Shown here: positions 53,666 to 64,000 of the stretch, piece by piece
How positions within the stretch are numbered: the first letter of the stretch is position 1
Layout: every line of letters begins with the position of its first letter
Assembly (NCBI GenBank): GCA_964016885.1
Contig: OZ024742.1
Span: forward strand, 291,462,001-291,526,000
Direction: 5' to 3'
DNA: 64,000 nt
Source of the DNA: Eledone cirrhosa
Taxonomy: Eukaryota
Position numbers and translations under genes: made by a program
Notes under the pieces: generated by a model
What the model saw: the letters and a program-made list of their open reading frames with translations, nothing else
What the model was told of the DNA's origin: nothing
Databases searched by the model: none

Positions 53666-54603
53666 GTCTGGTCGGCTGACCATGCCTTGCTCATACAGGA
53701 ACTGATCTGGCTTGATTTCTACAGCTGGATGCCCTTCCTAACACCAACCTCATTTACAGTGAGTGCTGGGTGCTTTTTCGTGGCGCCTACACGTCCACTT
53801 TACAGTGTGGGCTGGGTGCTTTTTTGCCGTGGCAACTCCACGACCACCTTGCGGTGGGGGCATATTGTCTATATGCTTCAGCTTGTACCCATGGGAGGTC
53901 GGGTACTCTGTATTACTGCGTGACGCCAGAGGTCACGGTCGTGTGTCATTGCCTTTGAGAGGTGTAATTGGGTAAGGTCGGCTTTTATCACCTCATCCCA
54001 GGTCATCTTGGTTCTCCCCACTCCGCGGTTTCCATCAACTTCTAGTGCTCTGCACCTTTTTATGCAGCTGTCATCCTTCATACACATCACATGTCCATAC
54101 CAGCGCAACCGCCTCTCCTGCACACAGCGTTTGATTCCTTTTATGCTCAGTCTCTCTCTCAATTCATTTATGCTTTGTCGTTCACGTATATTACTGTTGC
54201 ATATCCATCGGAGCATGCAGGCTTCGTTTCTCTCTAATCTACGTAAGTCTTCCACCTTCAGCGCCCAGGTCTCACTACCATGCAACATCGCAGTTCGGAT
54301 ACACGCATCATACAGTCTGCCTTTCATTCTGAGGGAGAAGCCTTTTGCAGCTATCAGTGGTAGTAGTTCCCTAAACTTCTTTCATCTCGTTCTTACCCTA
54401 GTTATTGTACTTTCTGAACACCCACCTCCGTTGCTAATTCGGTCACCTAGGTAGCAGAAGCTGTCTACTGTTTCTACAGGGCCCTCCCAGAGATTGGTGG
54501 TACTTGTTTCCTGTGGCTGTTTGCTGCTTGCTGTTTTAGCACAGCTGCTGCATGTGAATTCTACATTCTTAATTAAGCTTCCTGAGATCCCGCTACATCT
54601 CTT
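53666..54603 (-). mobile_element. RTE family B-like 3' part (copy 3)
   Basis: ORF 53878-54327 and upstream KRCSG..CSSC, DSFCYLGD; same 3' UTR as the 42660 and 44932 copies. Confidence 0.9.
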
Positions 54604-54632
54604 ATATATATATATATATATAAAATATATAT

Positions 54633-54728
<96 letters not shown>

Positions 54729-54745
54729 ATATATATATATATCTA

Positions 54746-56076
54746 TCTAGGGCAGGTAAAATTCCAAAGATCCATGGACGAGTCCTCTCCAGCGGTCTTT
54801 CTCCCTCATTATCACTGCCATGTCCTGCGTCTCCAACAGACCAGTGTCTGTCCTTAGGGCATAAACATATGTTAACTTTGGTCTTCCTCTTCCAGTGTGT
54901 CCATGCAGGGGCTCCCACAGGAGCACTGAGTGCAGTGTGAACTCTGCATGCCGGTGAGCATGTCTAGCTAACCTCAGTTTCCTCTGTGTCACTTTTGAGC
55001 TGACTTTTGGGGGGCTCCCATACAGCTCTTAGTTTTTCATCCTCAGTGTATACTGATTAATGTTCAGAGTCATCCTCAGCATTCTCTTTTCGCACCCATC
55101 CAACATCTGAGTGAGTTTCTTGGTCAGTGTCCAAGTCTGAGACCCCTACAGCAGCACAGACTCCACTATAGCAATGAAGAGGGGGATCTTCAAGTCTTTA
55201 CGAAGGTCCGACTTCCACACCGATCTCAAGCTGTGGCATGCTTCCCAGGCTTTGCTCTTTCTCTCAACCATTTCATCTTCCGTATTCCCAATCTTTGCTC
55301 CCATATACAGGAAGTCCTCAACTAATTCCAGCGGCTTCCCGCCTACATTAGTAATCCCCTCTGGCTTCTCAACATTCTCTACCAGAAGGAAGATCTGTCT
55401 AACACCAACAACTACAGGGGGATCTCACTGACGCCACTTGTGGCAAAGACCCTCAACAGGATGATTCTTAACAGGATCCAGCCCGAGATGGAGAAGAAGC
55501 TCAGAGACAACCAGAACGGCTTCAGAGAAGGAAGATCAACCACCAGTCACATCCTGATACTGAGGAGGATATTAGAGGAAGCTAGAGCAAAGTGACTTCC
55601 TGCTGTCATGGTTTTCATTGACTTTAGGAAGGTCTTTGATTCTGTGGACCGTCACTGCCTGATGATCTTACAGGCTTATGGAATCCCCAAGAAGATAGTG
55701 GACCTGATATCACTGCTCTACACCAACACCAAAGCCCAAATCATTACACCTGATGGGATGACAGAGTTCTTTGAGATACTGGCTGGAGTGCTCCAGGGAG
55801 ATACATTGGATCCCTACCTTTTTATCATCGTAGTGGACTATTGTATGCGCCTTGCACTGGAGAAACACCAGGACTCTGGCTTTACTGTAACACCGGCACA
55901 GAGCAGGAGAGTTACAGCGAAAAAGATATTGGATGCTGAATTTGCCGACGACATAGTTTTGGTGACAAATACAGTGAAGGAGGCAGAGGATTTGATGCAA
56001 GAAGTTGAGACTGTGTCGATGAGTGTGGGGCTGAGAATGAATGAGACTAAGACAAAATGTCTGGTAGAGAATGTTG

Positions 56077-56079
<3 letters not shown>
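54746..56079 (-). mobile_element. RTE-clade LINE family D with inverted 5' segment
   Basis: Minus piece 55385-54746: VEDFLYMG, LLYG, LLWEPLHG..RGRP. Plus piece 55386-56079: NYRGISL, QNGFR, DFRKVFDS, GVLQGDTL, FADD. Both flanks are (TA)n. Confidence 0.88.
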
Positions 56080-56112
<33 letters not shown>

Positions 56113-56487
56113 CAAATACATTTCAGACTTAAATGACCCTCAAACAGTAGAGTGTGAGACCATAAGTAAATAAGTAAGCGTGATGCAAGCCCGTAACCTG
56201 CCTAGGAGGTCTGTAACCTTGCTTGAGTACTGTCTTGGTGTATGATGACCCATCCAACCCTTGCTATTAGGGAAAACGAATGTTAAATGATGATTATATA
56301 TATATATATATATATATATCATCATAATCATCATTTAACGTCCACTTTTCCATGCTAGCATAGGTTAAACGAGTTGTCCTTTAGAAGGCTACCTGATTCC
56401 CTTTACAGATGTGAATCAGATATCTTCTTAGAAAATACAGCATAACCAACTGTATATAATAAAATATATTATTTTATTATAAGATAA

Positions 56488-56880
56488 TAATTGTTTCTAC
56501 TATTGGCACAAGGCCAGCAATTACCCAGTGCATTACTGGTACTTTATTTTATCGACCCCGTAAGGATGAAAGGCAAAGTCAACCTCTGCGGGATTTGAAC
56601 TCAGAATGGCAAGGGCCGTAACTCTATATGTCAAAGCATGGCGTCCGACCCTCTACCGAGACTGCCAATCCACCGCCCTATTTTTATAAGATAATAATTG
56701 TTTCTACTTTTGGCACAAGGCCAGCAATTACCAAGTACATTACTGGTACTTTATTTTATTGACCCCGTAAGGATGAAAGGCAAAGTTAACCTCAGCGGGA
56801 TTTGAACTCAGACTGTAAAGGGACGTAACTATGCTAGAAAGCATGGCGTCCAACCCTCTACCGATACTGCCAATTCACCA
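56488..56880 (-). mobile_element. Two tandem Meta-like SINEs
   Basis: Full-length copies at 56488-56678 and 56695-56880. Confidence 0.85.
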
Positions 56881-56881
56881 A

Positions 56882-57604
56882 TGATGGCAGTTTAGCGTAG
56901 CACAAAGTAATGCGTGTCGTCCCTTTGGAAGTCGCCACCGGAGAGAGAATGATTTGGTGACATCAGAGCTATGTGCAGGTAACTCTGCATAGCTATCCCC
57001 AAGCACACGACAGGTGTCGCTTCGCTACATATAGCCCTCCTCCAGATGAAGAAGTAAACATATGTAGTGAGAAGCAAGGCAAAGATAGGTAATAAACAAA
57101 AGAAATGTTTGCACAAGCAGCAAACAAAAGGCAAGGCATGCAAAAATGTAACAACAGAAACATGCAAAACAATCAATAAAATGCAACAAATTGTAAGAAA
57201 GACAAAAGCAAAGGGCTGCAACAAGGGCAGCTTAAATGTACACAGTTTGACACAGTTTTTTGGGCCAGTGGACCCTCCGACCAGAACGGGTCTTGTATCT
57301 TGGTGATGAGGGGGGGGGGGGGCAAAGAAACAGGTATGTGTGCAAATGAGAAAGATGGGGGTGCAAACATTTCTTTTGTTTATTACCTATCTTTGCCTTG
57401 CTTCTCACTACATATGTTTACTTCTACATCGATTCGTCATCTGGAGGAGGGCTATATGTAGCGAAGCGACACCTGTCGTGTGCTTGAGGACAGCTATGCA
57501 GAGTTATCTGCACATAGCTCTGACGTCACCAAATCATTCTCTCTCCGGCGGCGACTTGCGAAGGGACGACATGCATCATTTTGTGCTATGCTAAACTGTC
57601 ATCA
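56882..57604. mobile_element. Fold-back/MITE-like element with ~235-bp terminal inverted repeats
   Basis: 56882-57113 is the near-exact reverse complement of 57361-57604 (TGATGGCAGTTTAGC.../...GCTAAACTGTCATCA). Superfamily not determined. Confidence 0.8.
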
Positions 57605-58016
57605 GTATACCGGGTCGATAAAATAAAGTACCAGTAATGTACTGGGTAATTGCTGGCCTTGTGCCAAAAAGTAGAAACAATTATTATCTTATAATAAAAT
57701 ATATTTTATTATATACAATTGGTTATGCTGTATTTTCTAAGAAGATATCTGATTCGACAAGTCAGATCAGATTACCTTGCTCATACAGGGCTGTTTCCGA
57801 CTTAGTTTCTATGGCTGGATGCCTTTCCTGATGGCAACCACATTGATTGTGTGGACTAGCCACTTTGTACACTCATAATAGTACAATAGTACTGTATTGT
57901 AAATTTTTATGAATTATCTTTCTACTTTCTCTTGGTTTTCTTTTTAATATATGTATGTATATATATAGGTTATTTAAGTAACTGCAAATCTGACTTCCTA
58001 TTGTCATTATATATAT

Positions 58017-58330
58017 GGCCTTGCAATTGAAAGGTTGTGAGTTCAATTCTCAGACCGGGCGATGTGTTGTTTCCTTGAGCAAGGCACTTTATTTCACATT
58101 GCTCCAGTTTATTCAGCTGTAGAAAGGAGATGATAGGGACTGGGGTCCCTATCATTCCACTGCAAAGTGGTCGTGGAGGTGCCACGGCAAAAAACACCCA
58201 TCACTCACTGTAAATGAGGTTGGTGTTAGGAAGGGCATCAAGCTGTAGAAATCAAGCCAGAATCAGTTCCCGTCCCACCCTTGCAAGCAGGGAAAAGCGG
58301 ACGTAAAATGAAATGAAATGAATGAAATGA
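58017..58330 (+). mobile_element. CORE-type SINE with RTE tail (5'-truncated head)
   Basis: Same family as the copies at 17700, 45838 and 60272. Confidence 0.85.
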
Positions 58331-59099
58331 TATATATATATACTGTCTGTGTGTGTCATTATTATGATGTAAAGGATGGTCTGTAAATGTAATTTGTCTG
58401 ATAGTTATTTCTTATTACATTGTTAAATAATCAACTGTTACAGACTGTTGCTGAGGAGAAAACCACATTACAACATTCTTCTATTTTTGTCTCTTATTCT
58501 TTTTCTTCTTCTTCCTCCCCATCTTTGTCTGTCATTCACTGCATCTTCACGTCACTTTATAGTCAGTTTACAATGTTACTACTACATAACACTACATTGT
58601 AATCAGTTTATATTGCATAGTTATTACATGGATGTTAGTCATATATATTCATATTTTATAGTCACTTAACATTTCATTGAGTTCTACATGAACATTAGAC
58701 CTCTTCATATTCTGTATATTGTATACATGTTGGTTCAGCTAAGAAAATTAAATCCAAGCCATAACAGTTCAAGGTTAAAGATCAATGTATCATACTTCAC
58801 CCATAAAAACTAAGTAAAAAAATGTTGTTTAACCCATGCCAACGTGGAAAATTGAACATAGAAATGATGGTATTAATGATGATGTGATGTAATTTGTCAT
58901 GATCAGAATACTTTATATGGCAGAGTTGTTAAAGTACTGTATATTAGTGTTCAAATTCTGCTGAGGTCCCCCAAGGTTAATAAAGTACCAGCTCAGAGCT
59001 TGTAGAGTCCTCTATCCTTCCAGTTGTCACATCCTAGAGGTTCCAATGGACGAAGTGAGAGAGAATTGAGTCAAGAGAATGTCTGTATCTGCTCGTGAC

Positions 59100-60045
59100 T
59101 GCATGGGCAACTAAAGCCCTTAGAGAAATCATGGAAAGAAGATAGGATTTTGATTCCCCCATGGAAGTGGCCCTATTCAATGTGTAATAAAGGGGTATGC
59201 ATAAAATCTACATGATGTATACAATGTGAATCCTGGTCACACAGATGTAGTGGAATAACAGACTAACAGGAAGAGAAAACTTTGTATATAGAAGATGCAC
59301 AGGGGTTATCAAAGGGTCAAGATATAAACCTTTTTTTCAATCACTGGAAAGATCCATAAAAGTGGTTGATAGCTTCTGCTATCTGGATGACCTAATTAGC
59401 AGCAGAGGAGGGTGTTCTGAGAGCATAATTTCTAGAATAAGGATTGCATGAAAGAAGTTTAGAGTTACTCCCGCTGTTCGCAACAAAAGGTTTCACCTTA
59501 TGTACAAAAGGACGACTGCATGATCTTGTGTCTGAAGTGCGATGTTGCATGGTAGTGAAACATGGGCTGTGACTACAGAGAACATATGTAGACTGGAGAG
59601 AAATGAGGCAGCTGTGCTTCATCGGATGTGTACTGTAAATATGAGAAAATGGCAGAGCTTGGATGAACTGAGAGAGAAACTGGGTTTAACCCTTTGGCAT
59701 TTAAACTGGCCATATCCAGCCAGAATTCTCTCACTTCTTTCTGTTAAAACTGGCTTTAACCAGCTGCTCATACTGACATTAAAGAATTGTTCTCAAAATA
59801 AATAACTCATAGATTTGATATTATATGAGAATTGTGAGATAAAGCATTTATCACAAAAATACAATAGTATATGTAGAGTAATGAAAATGCTAAAGGGTTA
59901 AGAGGAATTCGACATGGTGTGCATGAGAGAAAAACCTGAGCAGAGGTGGTGAAAGCTGATCTCAAATCACTGAGACTCACAGAGATGATGATGAAAAGAA
60001 CCTGTCCAACCCATGCAAGTGTGAAAAAATGGACGATGATGATGT
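59100..60045 (+). mobile_element. Old RTE 3' fragment interrupted by a MITE
   Basis: [19 protein letters not shown] and the RTE tail. Confidence 0.8.
59690..59897. mobile_element. piggyBac-type MITE (copy 3)
   Basis: TTAA TSD (59686-59689, 59898-59901) and CCCTTT...AAAGGG ends. Removing the element restores the RTE frame EKLGLRGIR. Confidence 0.9.
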
Positions 60046-60104
60046 GTATCAGTTCTATATAATTTACACTTCATAAATTAGTATATTATTATCAGTTCTA
60101 TATG

Positions 60105-60140
<36 letters not shown>

Positions 60141-60271
60141 ACATGATGATGACATTATATATACACCATGTCCTCACTTTCTATATTAATAGTATCAATT
60201 CAATATACATAAACAGATAATGATGTCATTAACTTATATATACACAATGCCATCAATTGCTATATTGATAT

Positions 60272-60587
60272 GAAGGCACATGGCTTAGTGGTTAGAGCAT
60301 TGGCCTTGCAATCGAAAGGTTATGAGTTCAATTCTCAGACCAGGTGATGTGTTGTTTCCTTGAGCAAGACACTTTATTTCACATTGCTCCAGTTTACTCA
60401 GCTGGGGTCCCTATCATTCCACTGCAAAGTGGTTGTGGAGGTGCCACAGCAAAAAAGCACCCAGCACTCACTGTAAATGAGGTTGGTGTTAGGAAGGGCA
60501 TGCAGCTGTAGAAATCAAGTCAGAATCAGTTACCGTCCTACCCTTGCAAGCAGGGAAAAGCGGACGTAAAATGATGATGATGATGAT
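60272..60587 (+). mobile_element. CORE-type tRNA-SINE with RTE tail
   Basis: Full head (A and B boxes), CORE-like segment and RTE 3' end. Confidence 0.85.
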
Positions 60588-61004
60588 ATGTAATATATAC
60601 ACTATATTATATACATACATGATGATGACATTATATGTACACAATGTCATCAATTACTATATTGGTATCAGTCTTATATACACTGATAATGATGATGACA
60701 TATATGCTTGATGTCATCAATCGCTATTGGTATCTGTTATTGATACATTATGTCATTGAACTATATATTTTCATTATCTATAATTCATGTCATGATTGGT
60801 ATTTGTTGTTGATAAATGCTCAATAGTTTTCACGATTGGTTTGTTATCTCTAAACAAATAAGTTAAATGGGAAAATAAGGTCTCTATTGGAATTCTGAAT
60901 CTCTTGGGTGTGAACTGATCAATAGTATACCTTCCAATAAATGTAAATTCATTCATTCACTCACTCACTCACAAGTTGAGTTTTCTCGATCCAATGAACA
61001 GTAC

Positions 61005-61195
61005 TCTTTCTATTTGTCTCGATCGAGTGTTATCACTCCAAGATCCATAAAATTTCCTCTTGTGTCAGCATATAACATATCCAGATACATTATTGCAGGA
61101 TGACCTCTATTTCTATGACAGTGTGCAGGCTTCCATAAAAGAACATGGCTGACACACTTGTTTTTTGCCTTGTAACAATGTTTCGCAAAATGCAT
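61005..61195 (-). mobile_element. Old RTE family D-like 3' fragment
   Basis: FAKHCY...VLLWKPAHCHRNRGHP, homologous to the 54747-54992 frame. Confidence 0.7.
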
Positions 61196-61474
61196 CCTTC
61201 TTAGACGAACAACATCAGAAATTTATTCAATATATGGTATTTGTTTGTATATTTATTTCTAAGTATGATGACAATGATGATCCATATATGTATAATGTAT
61301 TGGGTCTGTATGGACTCTATAAGGCAGCATGTCTAGAAGTGCAGTGTCTCTGAATAAATAGTTCACCAAGGAGAGATGACCTCTGGAAGCCATGATGTAG
61401 GCAACCCATTTAGGTGAGCAGGAACTCAAAATATATATACATACATATATATATATATATACATATATATCTGC

Positions 61475-61797
61475 AGACACAAGCATCATACAGTCATCCT
61501 TTTGTACATAGGGAGAAATCTTTTGTTGTTAACAATGGGAGTAGCTCTAAACTTCTTCCATCCTATCTTTATTCTAGATATTATGCTCTCAGATCATCCT
61601 CCTCCACTGTTGATTAGGTCACTCAGATAGCAGAAGCTATCATCCACTTTTATGGATCCTTCCTGTGATTGAAAAAGGTTTATATACTTGCTCTTCCCCT
61701 CGATTACCTCTGTGGATCTTCTACATACAAAGTCTTCCTTTCCTGTTAGTCTACTTGTTATCCCACTACATCTCTTGTGTACCCAGGATTTACATTG
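61475..61797 (-). mobile_element. Old RTE fragment
   Basis: [29 protein letters not shown]. Confidence 0.75.
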
Positions 61798-61930
61798 TAT
61801 ATACACACACACACATATATACCCATGCTAGCATGGAAAATGGATGGTAAACAATGTCTTTCCCGGCAGCTACTCGTAAAAGTACGGGTCGGCGGCGGAA
61901 CCGCCTAGCCGGCAGATTGGATTTCTTTCC

Positions 61931-62160
61931 GCCGTCTACACGTAAAACATAACTTGGACGACGGGTGGGCGGCTTGTATCACACACAGACACACACACAG
62001 GCCGTCTACACGTAAAACATAACTTGGACGACGGATGGGCGGCTTGTATCACACACAGACACACACACAGGCCGGCTACACGTAAAACATAACTTGGACG
62101 ACGGATGGGCGGCTTGTATCACACACAGACACACACACAGGCCGGCTACACGTAAAACAT
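61931..62160. repeat. 70-bp CpG-rich tandem repeat, 3.3 copies
   Basis: Units start at 61931, 62001, 62071 and 62141 (GCCG.CTACACGTAAAACATAACTTGGACGACGG...). Confidence 0.95.
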
Positions 62161-62940
62161 ATATGTGTGTGTAAGAGAGAATAGGCCCCGGTACTAGACT
62201 GACAATCTATTTATTGACCTTGGATGGGGATTAACTCAATCGATTTGTCACCTTATAATTGTTTCTACTTTTGTCACCTTATAATACATATGTATCATTG
62301 TAGGAATTGACTTGACATTAGCTTTATAAACTGTTTATCATCCAATATCTTAATTGTCAATTCGATCTATAAGTATATCTGATATAACAAAGGAGGTATG
62401 TGTTTATTTATATGAGCTCAAAATACGACAATATCTAATGTAACAAATACATATGTGTATGTGATGATTTCTATCAGCTGTGAGAGTTGTAGCAAGTCAA
62501 GACTGTATAAATGTTATTTTGATAAACTTGCTTCCTACATAGATTCCAATCAAACAATTATGTTTATGTTTATATTTTTTTAACCTCTATTATCTTGATA
62601 TTGAAGTAGCAGTGATATGATCACAGCTTAAAATACTCAGTGAGGCTAAATATATGTTTATTATAAACATGTTGTATGTGGTCACAGTTTAAAATTCTCA
62701 CAAGACTAAATGTATATTTATTATACATAAATATATTCTATATCGTCACAGCTTTGCTGACAGTGGTACTATATCATCATTATCATTGTTGTTTTAATCT
62801 CTGCTTTCCCTGCTAAACATAAAAATGATGGATTGGCAGAATTATTAGTGTTTTAGGTGTGCAGTCATGAAGGGATTAAAAGGAAAGAGTTTGATGTATT
62901 AGGTGGCACCTTGAAATGAAAAAAAAAAAAGGAAATTAAA

Positions 62941-63350
62941 TTTACAGTTCACGCTAATCTAGGTTAGCTGGCTTTATATGAGGTTATATCTCTTAGTTAT
63001 TGGGTGTTTTAATGATAGAGGACTCGGTCCTATCATGTTGTTGTTACAGTTCACACTTATGTAGGTTTAACTGAACTTCTATAAGGTTGTATCTCATAAG
63101 AGGTTTCTCATGTATTTTAATATTAAGGATCTAATCCTATCATGTTGTTTTTGTTACACCTCACTCCTATATATAACTTTAGCTGGCCTCATGAGGGTGT
63201 ATCTCATTGGTTTCTTTGATGTTTTAATGGTAGGGTGCCCCAGACCTATCATGTAGTTACAGCTCACACTTCTGTAGGTTTAATTAGCCTTCTATAATGT
63301 TCATATAATGTTTATCATGTGTTTTAATGATAGGAGCCCTCAGTCTTATT
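62941..63350. repeat. ~105-bp diverged tandem repeat, 4 copies; related units at 39301-39480 and 41068-41130
   Basis: Recurring TTACAGCTCACACCTATGTAGGTTTAGCTGGC...TTTTAATGATAGG...CCTATCAT. Confidence 0.8.
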
Positions 63351-64000
63351 AAAAGCACAAAGAAAAGAAGCATTTAGCTCCTGAAGACAACACTCCATCC
63401 AGTCTAGGAATTGAATTTACAACCATATGATGGAACGTCCAACACCTTAACCACTAGGCTATACAAGATGTTATCTGAAAACTTAGTGTCCTGTAATACA
63501 TAAAACCACATTAGCAAGGCATTCTTGAAAACTACATATCATCACTATGATTGCATCACATAAAAAAATTGAAGTTTTTTTTTTTTTTAATACTGCAAAT
63601 TGTCATAGCTATCTGCCAACTAGCAAAGATACTACAAACGTTTGAATTACCAGACCTATTTTTAAATATTTTCTACTAAATCATTACAGGATGTTAAGAG
63701 TTACCTGAATTATATATTATATTTCAATGATTTCTATTCAATAACTTTGCATTTCTTTAAATGTTTAAATGTTCAAATTGCTTGTATATGCTGGTTATAG
63801 ATTTTCATTTAAAGACTAGATTTTTTTTTGACAGCCATCATACTGGCAACCATTGACTGCCGACACCTCCCCACTTCCTTCCTGAATGGCACTGTTTCCC
63901 TGCTATCTATGTAATAATGGCAACTATTTTCAGGACTCCTTTCTAATGGCTACCCACTTCTCATCACCTCCTTCTGAGGATCCCCTTTCAAAGCTTTATT

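Noticed and set aside
61931-62160. CRISPR-like array
   Set aside because: The units are identical end to end with no unique spacers; the context is eukaryotic and no cas genes are present.

Overview
This is a eukaryotic, AT-rich, repeat-saturated window with no recognisable intact host protein-coding gene. The repeat spectrum suggests an octopus or other coleoid cephalopod, but that is an inference: CORE-type and Meta-type tRNA-SINEs with RTE tails, abundant RTE LINEs and very long (TA)n arrays. Retroelements: a near-complete but frameshifted R4/Dong LINE, a Tx1/L1 fragment, at least four RTE-clade LINE families and a decayed Penelope-like element. DNA elements: Helitron, mariner and piggyBac-type MITE remnants. 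Also present are one tRNA-Ala(TGC)-like gene, several fold-back structures, kb-scale microsatellites and a 200-N gap. Most short ORFs in the track are antisense TE frames or microsatellite translations. The most interesting signals are RNA-structural. (1) Five to six minimal type I hammerhead ribozymes with palindromic stem III; two lie back-to-back on opposite strands in a perfect 115-bp inverted repeat. (2) A covarying H-type pseudoknot/hairpin cassette is shared by RTE 5' UTRs, RTE 3' UTRs, SINEs and apparently the Dong 5' UTR, and is locally amplified in tandem. (3) Twin-priming-like 5' inversions occur in an RTE LINE and a SINE.
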